From contig NC_009664.2 of assembly GCF_000017305.1 (NCBI RefSeq), forward strand, positions 1,650,001 to 1,682,000: DNA of 32,000 bases, in the 5' to 3' direction. Both the position numbers and the translations under genes were made by a program. Below, piece by piece: positions 25,528 through 32,000 of the stretch. The stretch's first letter is position 1; the number at the start of each line of letters is the position of its first letter. The notes beneath the pieces are model-generated. The model was not told where the DNA came from. It was given only the letters and a program-made list of their open reading frames with translations, and searched no databases. Source of the DNA: Kineococcus radiotolerans SRS30216 = ATCC BAA-149 (GTDB lineage Bacteria; Actinomycetota; Actinomycetes; Actinomycetales; Kineococcaceae).

Positions 25528-25549
25528 TGTCCGAGGTCGGGCCTACGGT
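25528..25549 (+). promoter_or_regulatory. candidate RecA-NDp/PafBC-type DNA-damage promoter for a leaderless radA
   Basis: TGTCCGAG-gtcgggcc-TACGGT-tccccc-GTG, compared with the mycobacterial motif tTGTCRgtg-N8-TAnnnT. The TGTC core, the 8-nt spacer and TAnnnT all match; there are two mismatches in the flanking positions. The -10 box ends 6 nt before the radA GTG, and there is no SD. Confidence 0.4.
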
Positions 25550-25555
25550 TCCCCC

Positions 25556-26944
25556 GTGCCCACCAGGACCTCCGCCAAGACCGCCCGCCCCGGCTACCGC
25601 TGCGCCGAGTGCGGCTGGACGACGGCGAAGTGGGCGGGCCGCTGTGGGGAGTGCCAGGCCTGGGGGACGGTCGAGGAGGTCGGCGGCACCCCGACGGTGC
25701 GCACGACGGTCCCCGCGCAGGTGCGCGAACCGGCCCGCCCCATCGCCGAGGTCGACGTCGAGGCCGCCCGGGCCGCGCCCACGGGCGTGGACGAGTTCGA
25801 CCGCGTGCTGGGCGGCGGGCTGGTCCCCGGCGCGGTGGTGCTGATGGCCGGGGAGCCCGGGGTGGGGAAGTCGACGCTGCTGCTGGACGCGGCGTCGCGG
25901 GTCGCGGCCAGCGGCCGCACCGTCCTCTACGTGACGGCCGAGGAGTCCGCGGCCCAGGTCCGGCTGCGCGCCGAGCGGATCGGCGCGCTGCACGCCCGGC
26001 TGCTGCTGGCCTCGGAGACCGACCTCGCCACCGTCCTCGGGCACGTCGAGCGCTCCGCCCCCGACCTGCTGATCGTGGACTCGGTGCAGACCGTGGCCTC
26101 GGGGGAGGTCGAGGGCGCCGCGGGGGGCGTCTCGCAGGTCCGCGAGGTCGCCGGGGCCCTCATCCGCGTCGCGAAGCAGCGCGCGATGGCCACGCTGCTC
26201 GTCGGGCACGTCACCAAGGACGGCTCGATCGCCGGCCCGCGCACCCTCGAGCACCTCGTCGACGTCGTCTGCCAGTTCGAGGGCGAGCGCCACTCCCGGC
26301 TGCGGCTGCTGCGCGCGGTGAAGAACCGCTACGGCCCCACCGACGAGGTCGGCTGCTTCGACCTGAACGAGGACGGCATCGTCGGCCTGCCCGACCCCAG
26401 CGGCCTGTTCGTCTCCAGCACCCCCGAACCCGTCGCGGGCACCTGCATCACGGTGACCCTGGAGGGCCGCCGCCCGCTGCTGGCCGAGCTGCAGTCGCTG
26501 GTGGCGACCGACCAGTCCCCCGGCAGCGCCCGCCGGGTCACCAGCGGGCTGGACGCGAGCCGGATGGCCATGGTCCTCGCGGTCTGCCAACGCCGCCTCG
26601 GGGTGGCGCTGGCCAACCGCGACACCTTCGTCGCCACCGTGGGCGGGGTGAAGCTCACCGAGCCCTCCGTCGACCTCGCCGTGGCGCTGGCGGTGACGAG
26701 CGCGGTGACCGACCAGCCGATCCCGCCGGGGACGATCGCCCTGGGCGAGGTGGGGCTGGCCGGGGAGGTCCGCCGGGTCACCGGCGTGCCGCGCCGGCTC
26801 AGCGAGGCCGCCCGGCTGGGCTTCACCTCCGCCATCGTCCCCGCGGGGTCGCTGGCGGACGGGAAGGCCCCCGCCGGGATGACGGTCCACGAGGTCGCGA
26901 CGCTGGCCGACGCGTGCGTGCGCGCGCGGCTGGTGCGGGAGTGA
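25556..26944 (+). CDS. radA: DNA repair protein RadA (Sms)
   Basis: 462-aa ORF. Zinc finger YRCAECGWTTAKWAGRCGECQAWGT, Walker A GEPGVGKSTLLL, the KNRYG motif, and a Lon-protease-like C-terminal domain. Confidence 0.95.
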   Translation: MPTRTSAKTARPGYRCAECGWTTAKWAGRCGECQAWGTVEEVGGTPTVRTTVPAQVREPARPIAEVDVEAARAAPTGVDEFDRVLGGGLVPGAVVLMAGEPGVGKSTLLLDAASRVAASGRTVLYVTAEESAAQVRLRAERIGALHARLLLASETDLATVLGHVERSAPDLLIVDSVQTVASGEVEGAAGGVSQVREVAGALIRVAKQRAMATLLVGHVTKDGSIAGPRTLEHLVDVVCQFEGERHSRLRLLRAVKNRYGPTDEVGCFDLNEDGIVGLPDPSGLFVSSTPEPVAGTCITVTLEGRRPLLAELQSLVATDQSPGSARRVTSGLDASRMAMVLAVCQRRLGVALANRDTFVATVGGVKLTEPSVDLAVALAVTSAVTDQPIPPGTIALGEVGLAGEVRRVTGVPRRLSEAARLGFTSAIVPAGSLADGKAPAGMTVHEVATLADACVRARLVRE

Positions 26945-26990
26945 GGGCGCGCCGGGCGGGGTGACCCACCCGTCCCACCCGTCCCGCCGG

Positions 26991-26996
26991 TAGACT
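26991..26996 (+). promoter_or_regulatory. candidate -10 box TAGACT for a disA-specific transcript
   Basis: TAnnnT hexamer 49 nt upstream of the disA GTG, in the 101-nt radA-disA spacer. It is preceded by a 9-bp direct repeat cccacccgt x2 (26965-26982). Confidence 0.3.
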
Positions 26997-27045
26997 CCGC
27001 ACCAGGTTCGAGAACGTGGTGCAGCGAGGACGTCGGAGGTGGCCC

Positions 27046-28125
27046 GTGCCAGACCGGACGCCTGACGAGGTCCTCAGGCAGACCCTCGCGATCCTGGCGC
27101 CCGGGACGGACCTGCGCGACGGCCTGGAGCGCATCCTGCGCGGGCGCACCGGGGCCCTCATCGTCCTCGGCTTCGACCGGGTCGTGGACTCCCTGAGCAC
27201 CGGCGGCTTCGCCCTCGACGTGGAGTTCTCCGCGACGCGGCTGCGCGAGCTGGCCAAGATGGACGGCGCGATCGTGCTGGACCGCGACGTGTCGCGGATC
27301 GTGCGCGCGGCCGTGCAGCTGGTCCCGGACTCCTCCATCGAGACCAGCGAGTCCGGGACCCGCCACCGCACCGCCGAGCGCGTCGCGAAGCAGACCGGCT
27401 TCCCCGTCATCTCGGTGTCGCAGTCGATGCGGATCGTCGCGGTCTACACCGGCAACCGCCGCTACGTGCTGGAGGGTTCCGACGCCATCCTCGGGCGGGC
27501 CAACCAGGCCCTGCAGACGCTGGAGCGCTACCGCGCCCGCCTCGACGAGGTGACCGGCACGCTGTCCGCCCTCGAGATCGAGGACCTGGTGACCGTCCGG
27601 GACGTGTGCTCGGTCGTGCAGCGCATCGAGATGGTCTCCCGCATCGCCGACGAGATCTCCGGCTACGTGGTCGAGCTCGGCGTCGACGGCCGGTTGCTGT
27701 CCCTGCAGCTGGACGAGCTCGTCGGCGGGGTCGGCCCCGACCGCGAGCTCGTGGTCCGCGACTACCTCGAGGCCAGCCGCTACGAGGGGCCGCTGGAGGC
27801 GGTGCTGGAGTCGCTGGCCGGGCTGCACCAGTCCGACCTCGTGGACCTCTCGCAGGTGGCGAGGGTCCTGGGGTTCTCCGTCGGCGGGGACTCCCTCGAC
27901 TCCGCGGTGAGCCCCAAGGGCTTCCGGCTGCTCAACCGCGTCCCGCGCCTGCCCGGGGCGATCGTGGAGCGTCTCGTCGACCAGTTCGGGGACCTGCAGA
28001 AGCTCCTCGCCGCGAGCATCGACGACCTCATGACCGTCGACGGCGTCGGGGAGCAGCGCGCCCGCGCGGTGCGCGAGGGGCTGTCGCGGCTGGCGGAGTC
28101 CTCGATCCTCGAACGCTACGTCTGA
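27046..28125 (+). CDS. disA: DNA integrity scanning protein DisA (diadenylate cyclase)
   Basis: ORF 27016..28125. I prefer the in-frame GTG at 27046 (GGAGG 6 nt upstream; the length then matches the roughly 358-aa mycobacterial DisA). Motifs: [56 protein letters not shown], and a C-terminal HhH ([16 protein letters not shown]). Confidence 0.93.
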   Translation: MPDRTPDEVLRQTLAILAPGTDLRDGLERILRGRTGALIVLGFDRVVDSLSTGGFALDVEFSATRLRELAKMDGAIVLDRDVSRIVRAAVQLVPDSSIETSESGTRHRTAERVAKQTGFPVISVSQSMRIVAVYTGNRRYVLEGSDAILGRANQALQTLERYRARLDEVTGTLSALEIEDLVTVRDVCSVVQRIEMVSRIADEISGYVVELGVDGRLLSLQLDELVGGVGPDRELVVRDYLEASRYEGPLEAVLESLAGLHQSDLVDLSQVARVLGFSVGGDSLDSAVSPKGFRLLNRVPRLPGAIVERLVDQFGDLQKLLAASIDDLMTVDGVGEQRARAVREGLSRLAESSILERYV

Positions 28126-28139
28126 CGCCACGTCCGGGC

Positions 28140-28170
28140 GGGCCCACCGCCCGGGGCGGGCGGTGGGCCC
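28140..28170. terminator. perfect 13-bp GC hairpin between convergent disA and DUF892 genes
   Basis: gggcccaccgccc-ggggc-gggcggtgggccc: arms 28140-28152 and 28158-28170 with a 5-nt loop. Confidence 0.55.
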
Positions 28171-28179
28171 CGGCGCGGC

Positions 28180-28986
28180 TCAGGGGTGCGCGCGGTGCTC
28201 GCTCTCGGCGATGCGCTCCTCCAGCGCGTCGTCGTTGAACGGCTCGGCCCCGGTGGTCGTCGTGGCGCCCACCGTCGAGACGCCGGGCTCCACGACTGCG
28301 CCCGGGTCCGTCACACCGGTGACGGGGGCGGTCTCGACGGGGTGCTCCACCAGGGAGCGGGCGCCCGCGGCCGCGGCCGCGTCCTCGGCCCGGTGCTCGG
28401 CGACCTTCGAGGCCGCTGCGGCGGCGACGCCCACGGCGGCGGCGGCCCCGGCGACGAGGCCGGCCTTGACGCCGCCGCTCATCCCCTCGACGGGGACGGC
28501 GACACCGGTGGTGGCGATGCGCTCGGCCATGGCCTTCACCTTGGCGCCGGCGTCGCGCTCGGTGGCGAGGTTGGTCTCGAGCAGCGCGGCGACGGGCGCC
28601 GCGCCGCGGGCGCGGGCGTGGATCAGCAGCGTCTCGTAGACGGCCTGCTCGTGGTACTCGGTCTCCAGCGCCCCGGCGAGGATGACGGCGTCGACGAGGG
28701 AGTCGTCGGTCTTCTTGAGGTTGGCCTTGGCCTCGGCCGCCAGCGCCTTGGTCACCGGGCACGGGGAGTCGTCGACCTCCTCGCCCAGCAGGGCGAAGCA
28801 CTGCTCGAGGACGGTGATCTGCTGGCGGGTCTCCTCGGCGTGCTCGGCGAGCAGCGCCTTGAGCTCCGGGCGGCGCGCCTCGCCCTGGAGGTCACCCAGC
28901 ATGGCCAGGGTGTCCTTCTCCATGGTGAGGGCCGCCCCCAGCTTGTAGCTGAAGATCTGCTCAGGGGTGTTCAGGCGTTCGAACAT
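28180..28986 (-). CDS. ferritin-like DUF892 (YciE/YciF-family) protein with a ~100-aa low-complexity C-terminal extension
   Basis: ATG at 28986 inside ORF 28180..29295, with GGAGGAG 5 nt upstream. Product: MFERLNTPEQIFSYKLGAALTMEKDTLAMLGDLQ...LAEHAEETRQQITVLEQCF...ALETEYHEQAVYETL. This is followed by an Ala/Gly/Val/Thr-rich tail (GGVKAGLVAGAAAAVGVAAAAASKVAEH...). Confidence 0.8.
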   Translation of the reverse strand: MFERLNTPEQIFSYKLGAALTMEKDTLAMLGDLQGEARRPELKALLAEHAEETRQQITVLEQCFALLGEEVDDSPCPVTKALAAEAKANLKKTDDSLVDAVILAGALETEYHEQAVYETLLIHARARGAAPVAALLETNLATERDAGAKVKAMAERIATTGVAVPVEGMSGGVKAGLVAGAAAAVGVAAAAASKVAEHRAEDAAAAAGARSLVEHPVETAPVTGVTDPGAVVEPGVSTVGATTTTGAEPFNDDALEERIAESEHRAHP

Positions 28987-29084
28987 CGTGCACTCCTCCG
29001 TGTCGTCCGTCCGGTCCCGCCAACCTGCCACGGCCGGGACGACCCCGCCCGTCCGGACGCCGGCCGCCGGGCCGCGGGAGGGGC

Positions 29085-29765
29085 TCAGCCCAGCGACACC
29101 GCCAGCGGCGCGGCGGTGGTCCCGTTCCACGACCCGGTGACGGTGTAGCCGCCGGGTTCGACGGCGGCCTGCCCGTCGGGGCAGCCGGCGGTGGAGCGCA
29201 TCCGCGACCACGTCACCGACATCGAGCGCGACCCGCCCGGCTCCAGGGTGTAGACCTGCGAGGCCGTGGAGGACTGGCAGTCGGCGGTGGACCACACCTG
29301 GGCGCCGGCGGCGTCGGTCGCGACGAAGGTCCGCGTCGCGCTGCCGATCTCCGCCGAGCAGGCGGTCTCGGAGGTGTTCCGCACGGTGAGGACGAGCTTG
29401 GGGGTCTTCCCGGGCCCGTAGGTGGTGGCGTCGGAGGTGAGCGTCACCGCGAGCGCGGCCCCTTCGCAGGGGCTGACGGGGCCGGTGGAGGTCGGCGAGG
29501 CGCTGGGGCTGCCCGTCGGGTCCTCGGTGGGGGTGCCGGTGGCCCCGGTGGGGCTCCCGGTGGGTGACCCGGTGAGCGTGGAGGCGACCTGGCTGGGGTC
29601 GATCTTCCGGCCCTGCGCGGCGGCGTCCTCGGGGGACCTCGTGAGGGCGCGGATCCCGAGGACGGCCAGCGCCACGACGACGAGCAGGACGACGACGGCC
29701 ACCAGGCGACGACGCCAGTAGGTGCCCTCCCCCTCCGGACCGACCGGGTGCAGGACGCTGCTCAC
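29085..29765 (-). CDS. membrane-anchored secreted-domain protein (Rv3587c-like), with a Pro/Thr/Ser/Gly linker and four Cys
   Basis: In-frame GTG at 29765 inside ORF 29085..29990. Product: VSSVLHPVGPEGEGTYWRRRLVAVVVLLVVVALAVLGI (TM anchor), a linker TGSPTGSPTGATGTPTEDPTGSPSASPTSTG, then a beta-rich domain with the Cys pairs SPCEG...ETACS and TADCQ...TAGCP. Located between disA and mutY, as with Rv3587c. Confidence 0.7.
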   Translation of the reverse strand: MSSVLHPVGPEGEGTYWRRRLVAVVVLLVVVALAVLGIRALTRSPEDAAAQGRKIDPSQVASTLTGSPTGSPTGATGTPTEDPTGSPSASPTSTGPVSPCEGAALAVTLTSDATTYGPGKTPKLVLTVRNTSETACSAEIGSATRTFVATDAAGAQVWSTADCQSSTASQVYTLEPGGSRSMSVTWSRMRSTAGCPDGQAAVEPGGYTVTGSWNGTTAAPLAVSLG

Positions 29766-29772
29766 CGGGTGG

Positions 29773-29778
29773 AGGGTA
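29773..29778 (-). promoter_or_regulatory. candidate -10 box TACCCT for a leaderless transcript of the Rv3587c-like gene
   Basis: The minus strand reads TACCCT-ccacccg-GTG: TAnnnT 7 nt before the proposed start, with no SD. Confidence 0.35.
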
Positions 29779-29829
29779 GCCGCGGGGGTGTCACCGCCGG
29801 GGAGGCGCGCCGTGCGACGATCCTGCGCG

Positions 29830-30753
29830 ATGACACCCCGCCGGGCCCCCGCCACTCCCACCCCCACCCGCCCCGCCCCCGTCGCCGACCTCCACGAGCG
29901 GGTCCTGACCTGGTACGACGCCCACGCCCGCGACCTGCCGTGGCGCGCCCCGGGCTGTTCCCCGTGGGGCGTCCTGGTCAGCGAGGTCATGCTGCAGCAG
30001 ACGCCGGTGGCGCGGGTGCTGCCCCGGTGGGAGGCGTGGCTGGCGCGGTGGCCGGCACCGGGCGACCTGGCCGCGGAGCCGCCGGGCGAGGCGGTGCGGA
30101 TGTGGGACCGGCTGGGCTACCCGCGGCGGGCCCTGCGCCTGCACGCCGCGGCCGTCGCGATCCGCGACGAGCACGGCGGGCGGGTCCCCGACGACCACGC
30201 GCGGCTGCTGGCCCTGCCCGGGGTGGGGACCTACACGGCCGCGGCGGTGGCGTCGTTCGCCTTCGGGCAGCGCCACGCCGTCGTGGACACCAACGTGCGG
30301 CGCGTGCACGCCCGCGCCGTCACGGGCGCGGCCGAACCGGCGGCGGCCCTGACCGCGGCGGAGAACCGGCTGGCCGTGGAGCTGCTGCCCGAGGACGAGG
30401 GGACCGCGGCGCGGTGGGCGGTGGCCGTCATGGAGCTGGGCGCCCTGGTCTGCACGGCCCGCGCCCCGCGGTGCGACGCCTGCCCGCTGCTGGACCGCTG
30501 CGCGTGGGTGCTCGCCGGCCGTCCCGCGCACACCGGCCCGGTCCGCCGCGGGCAGGCGTGGGCCGGGACGGACCGTCAGGTCCGCGGGAAGCTGCTGGCG
30601 GTGCTGCGCGAGAGCGCGGGCCCGGTGGAGGCGGCGGTGCTCGCGGGCTGCTGGGCGGACGCGGCCCAGCGGGAGCGGTGCCTGGACGGGCTGGTGGCCG
30701 ACGGGCTGGTCGAACCCCTGGACGACGGCCGCTTCACCCTCCCCCGCTCCTGA
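29830..30753 (+). CDS. mutY: A/G-specific adenine DNA glycosylase MutY
   Basis: ATG at 29830 inside ORF 29722..30753 (307 aa). Motifs: LTWYDAHARDLPWR, VSEVMLQQT, LPGVGTYTAAAVASFAFG, VDTNVRRV, and the 4Fe-4S motif CTARAPRCDACPLLDRC. Confidence 0.9.
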   Translation: MTPRRAPATPTPTRPAPVADLHERVLTWYDAHARDLPWRAPGCSPWGVLVSEVMLQQTPVARVLPRWEAWLARWPAPGDLAAEPPGEAVRMWDRLGYPRRALRLHAAAVAIRDEHGGRVPDDHARLLALPGVGTYTAAAVASFAFGQRHAVVDTNVRRVHARAVTGAAEPAAALTAAENRLAVELLPEDEGTAARWAVAVMELGALVCTARAPRCDACPLLDRCAWVLAGRPAHTGPVRRGQAWAGTDRQVRGKLLAVLRESAGPVEAAVLAGCWADAAQRERCLDGLVADGLVEPLDDGRFTLPRS

Positions 30754-30762
30754 GGGCGGGCG

Positions 30763-31188
30763 TCAGTCGTCGGTGGAGCGGCGCAGGCGCTTGACGTCGC
30801 TGCGCTGGCGCTTGGTCTCCAGCCGGCGGCGCTGGGAACCGCGGGTGGGCCGGGTCGGGCGGCGCTGGGCGGGGGCCGGGGCGAAGGCCGCGGCGAGCTG
30901 GCTGCGCAGGCGCTCGGCCGCCGCGGCGCGGTTGCGCAGCTGGGCCCGGTGCTCGGAGGCGGCGACGGTGAGGGTCCCCTCGACGAGCCGGCCCGCCAGG
31001 CGCTCCAGCGCCCGCTCGCGCAGGTCCTCGGGCACCGACGGGGAACGGGCGAGGTCGAAGGACAGCTCGACGCGGGAGTCGGTCGTGTTCACGCCCTGGC
31101 CCCCGGGTCCGCTGGAGCGGGAGAACCGCTCGTGCAGCTCCGCCGCCGGGATCCGCACCCGGCGGTTCACCACGAGGTCCCCGTCCAC
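30763..31188 (-). CDS. arfB: alternative ribosome-rescue factor ArfB (peptidyl-tRNA hydrolase, GGQ)
   Basis: ORF 30763..31206. I prefer the in-frame GTG at 31188 (GGAGGG 7 nt upstream). Product: VDGDLVVNRRVRIPAAELHERFSRSSGPGGQGVNTTDSRVELSFD...RRPTRPTRGSQRRRLETKRQRSDVKRLR. Confidence 0.88.
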   Translation of the reverse strand: MDGDLVVNRRVRIPAAELHERFSRSSGPGGQGVNTTDSRVELSFDLARSPSVPEDLRERALERLAGRLVEGTLTVAASEHRAQLRNRAAAAERLRSQLAAAFAPAPAQRRPTRPTRGSQRRRLETKRQRSDVKRLRRSTDD

Positions 31189-31236
31189 GGCCCCACCCTC
31201 CCCCACCGCCCGCGGCGGCTCCCGCCCGGCCCCGGT

Positions 31237-31749
31237 TCAGGCCGGAACGCGGCTCAGCACCTCGGCGAGGACGCGGTCGGGGCCGCCCCGCACCGGGACC
31301 CGGAAACCCCGCTCGTCGGGCTGCAGGCCCTCGAGGGTGTCGAGCTGGCTGCGCAGCAGCGACGCCGGCATGTAGTGGCCCTCGCGCTGGGCCAGGCGCT
31401 GCGCGAGGACCTCCGTGGGCACCTCCAGCTCGCAGAACACCACCGACGGGTTGTCCCGCGCCAGCAGGTCCCGGTAAGCGCGCTTGAGCGCCGAGCAGGT
31501 CACGACGACGGATTCCCCGGCCTCCTCGCGGGCGGCGATCCAGGCGGCGATGGACCGCAGCCAGGGCCAGCGGTCCTCGTCGGTGAGCGGCGTGCCGGAG
31601 GCCATCTTGGCGACGTTCGCCGGGGAGTGGAACTCGTCGCCCTCGGCGAAGGCCCATCCCCGGGCCGCGGCGATCCCCTCGGCCACGGTGGTCTTCCCGC
31701 CGCCGGAGACGCCCATGACGACGACGGTCGTGGTGCTGCCCGCGCTCAC
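31237..31749 (-). CDS. gntK: gluconokinase
   Basis: 170-aa ORF with GTG start and a GTGA overlap with the upstream stop. Motifs: VVVMGVSGGGKTTVA, AFAEGDEFHSPANVAKMASGTPLTDEDRWPWL, VVTCSALKRAYRDLL, GHYMPASLLRSQLDTLE. Confidence 0.9.
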   Translation of the reverse strand: MSAGSTTTVVVMGVSGGGKTTVAEGIAAARGWAFAEGDEFHSPANVAKMASGTPLTDEDRWPWLRSIAAWIAAREEAGESVVVTCSALKRAYRDLLARDNPSVVFCELEVPTEVLAQRLAQREGHYMPASLLRSQLDTLEGLQPDERGFRVPVRGGPDRVLAEVLSRVPA

Positions 31750-32000
31750 CGGTCTCCTCCCCCCGCGGCGGGCAGGACCCGCAGCATCCTGCTGTTGCCC
31801 AGCGTGTTCGGCTTGACGCGGGCCAGGTCGAGGAACTCCGCGACCCCCTCGTCGTGGCTGCGCAGCATCTCGGCGTAGACCTCCGGCTCGACCGGCGTGC
31901 CCTCGATCTCGACGAAGCCGTGGCGCTCGAAGAAGGCCGTCTCGAAGGTGAGGCAGAACAGCCGGGTCACGCCCAGGTCGTCGGCCCGGCGCAGCAGCTC
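31746..32000 (-). CDS. GNAT amino-acid N-acetyltransferase (ArgA/Rv2747-like), C-terminal part; 5' end beyond the window
   Basis: The frame stays open to position 32000: ELLRRADDLGVTRLFCLTFETAFFERHGFVEIEGTPVEPEVYAEMLRSHDEGVAEFLDLARVKPNTLGNSRMLRVL. It resembles the C-terminus of the short mycobacterial N-acetylglutamate synthase as I recall it. The M in the track is an internal GTG. Confidence 0.7.
   Translation of the reverse strand, partial: ELLRRADDLGVTRLFCLTFETAFFERHGFVEIEGTPVEPEVYAEMLRSHDEGVAEFLDLARVKPNTLGNSRMLRVLPAAGGGDR

Noticed and set aside
25459-26964. 501-aa plus-strand ORF starting in the 12-bp repeat (MVASVVASVVAAV...) and overlapping radA in another frame, and the 508-aa minus-strand ORF 25364..26890.
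   Set aside because: RadA in the 25556 frame has all its family motifs. The overlapping ORFs are Arg/Gly/Pro-rich artefacts, and the repeat-derived N-terminus is a translation of the intergenic tandem repeat.
27006-27016. GTTCGAGAAC upstream of disA, resembling LexA/Cheo-box half-sites.
   Set aside because: The half-sites are in the wrong order and spacing. The actinobacterial SOS box is TCGAAC-N4-GTTCGA, with core GAAC-N4-GTTC. Here GTTC precedes GAAC with a 2-nt gap.
1-32000. Search by eye for CRISPR arrays, tRNA or rRNA genes, IS elements and transposases, integrases, toxin-antitoxin pairs, restriction-modification or other defence genes, and riboswitch-like leaders.
   Set aside because: I recognised none of these. 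The repeats present are short in-frame or intergenic tandem repeats, not spacer-interrupted arrays. All sizeable ORFs with coding-type codon bias are accounted for by housekeeping or signalling families plus one orphan. A covariance-model scan (Rfam, tRNAscan) would be needed to exclude small RNAs formally.

Overview
This is a high-GC (by eye about 70-75%) actinobacterial chromosomal segment. It is densely coding: about 35 CDS, two of them cut by the window edges. I found no rRNA, tRNA, CRISPR array, transposase, integrase or phage gene.

Because of the GC content, most entries in the six-frame track are off-frame or antisense artefacts (Arg/Pro/Gly/Ala-rich). I chose real genes by recognisable protein families, near-exclusive G/C at codon position 3, and start-site context. 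Many true starts are internal GTG or TTG codons of longer listed ORFs.

Layout:
- (i) 1-4732, minus strand: hemL, histidine phosphatase, ResA-like thioredoxin lipoprotein, ccdA, resB. This is a translationally coupled string for cytochrome c maturation and heme synthesis.
- (ii) 4733-9202: a lineage-variable cassette. It holds an orphan 188-aa protein, an AraC regulator overlapping a VOC/glyoxalase gene, a Tat-signal metallophosphoesterase and a Tat-signal aldose 1-epimerase. A coding-like gene remnant sits next to hemB.
- (iii) 9203-15121, minus strand: hemB, cobA/hemD fusion, hemC, hemA, rex. A near-consensus Rex operator abuts a TAGTCT -10 box.
- (iv) 15307-21879: glutaredoxin-like protein, HAD-IB hydrolase, the 32-aa ribosomal protein bS22 (TTG start), a small HTH protein, acuC, proC, ppx, an Rv0495c-like Cys-rich protein and a SAM methyltransferase.
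- (v) 21846-25398: a c-di-GMP module, made of a membrane GGEEF cyclase coupled to a PAS-(degenerate GGDEF)-EAL protein, plus a small membrane protein.
- (vi) 25556-30753: radA, disA, an extended DUF892 protein, an Rv3587c-like membrane protein and mutY.
- (vii) 30763-32000: arfB, gntK and the 3' part of an ArgA-like acetyltransferase.

Gene order matches, from memory, the M. tuberculosis blocks Rv0495c-Rv0529 and Rv3585-Rv3589.

Overall the window is mostly conserved housekeeping DNA. I do not see a defence island or a clearly novel multi-gene system. The leads most worth a second look are:
- the orphan protein and the coding-like remnant in the variable cassette;
- the AT-rich composite repeat/palindrome element upstream of the small HTH gene;
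- a RecA-NDp/PafBC-like leaderless promoter at radA;
- the back-to-back leaderless promoters at ppx;
- the in-frame 9-bp tandem repeat in the diguanylate cyclase;
- the ResA tail repeat that doubles as the ccdA Shine-Dalgarno (SD) site.

All family assignments come from reading the translations. No database search was possible.
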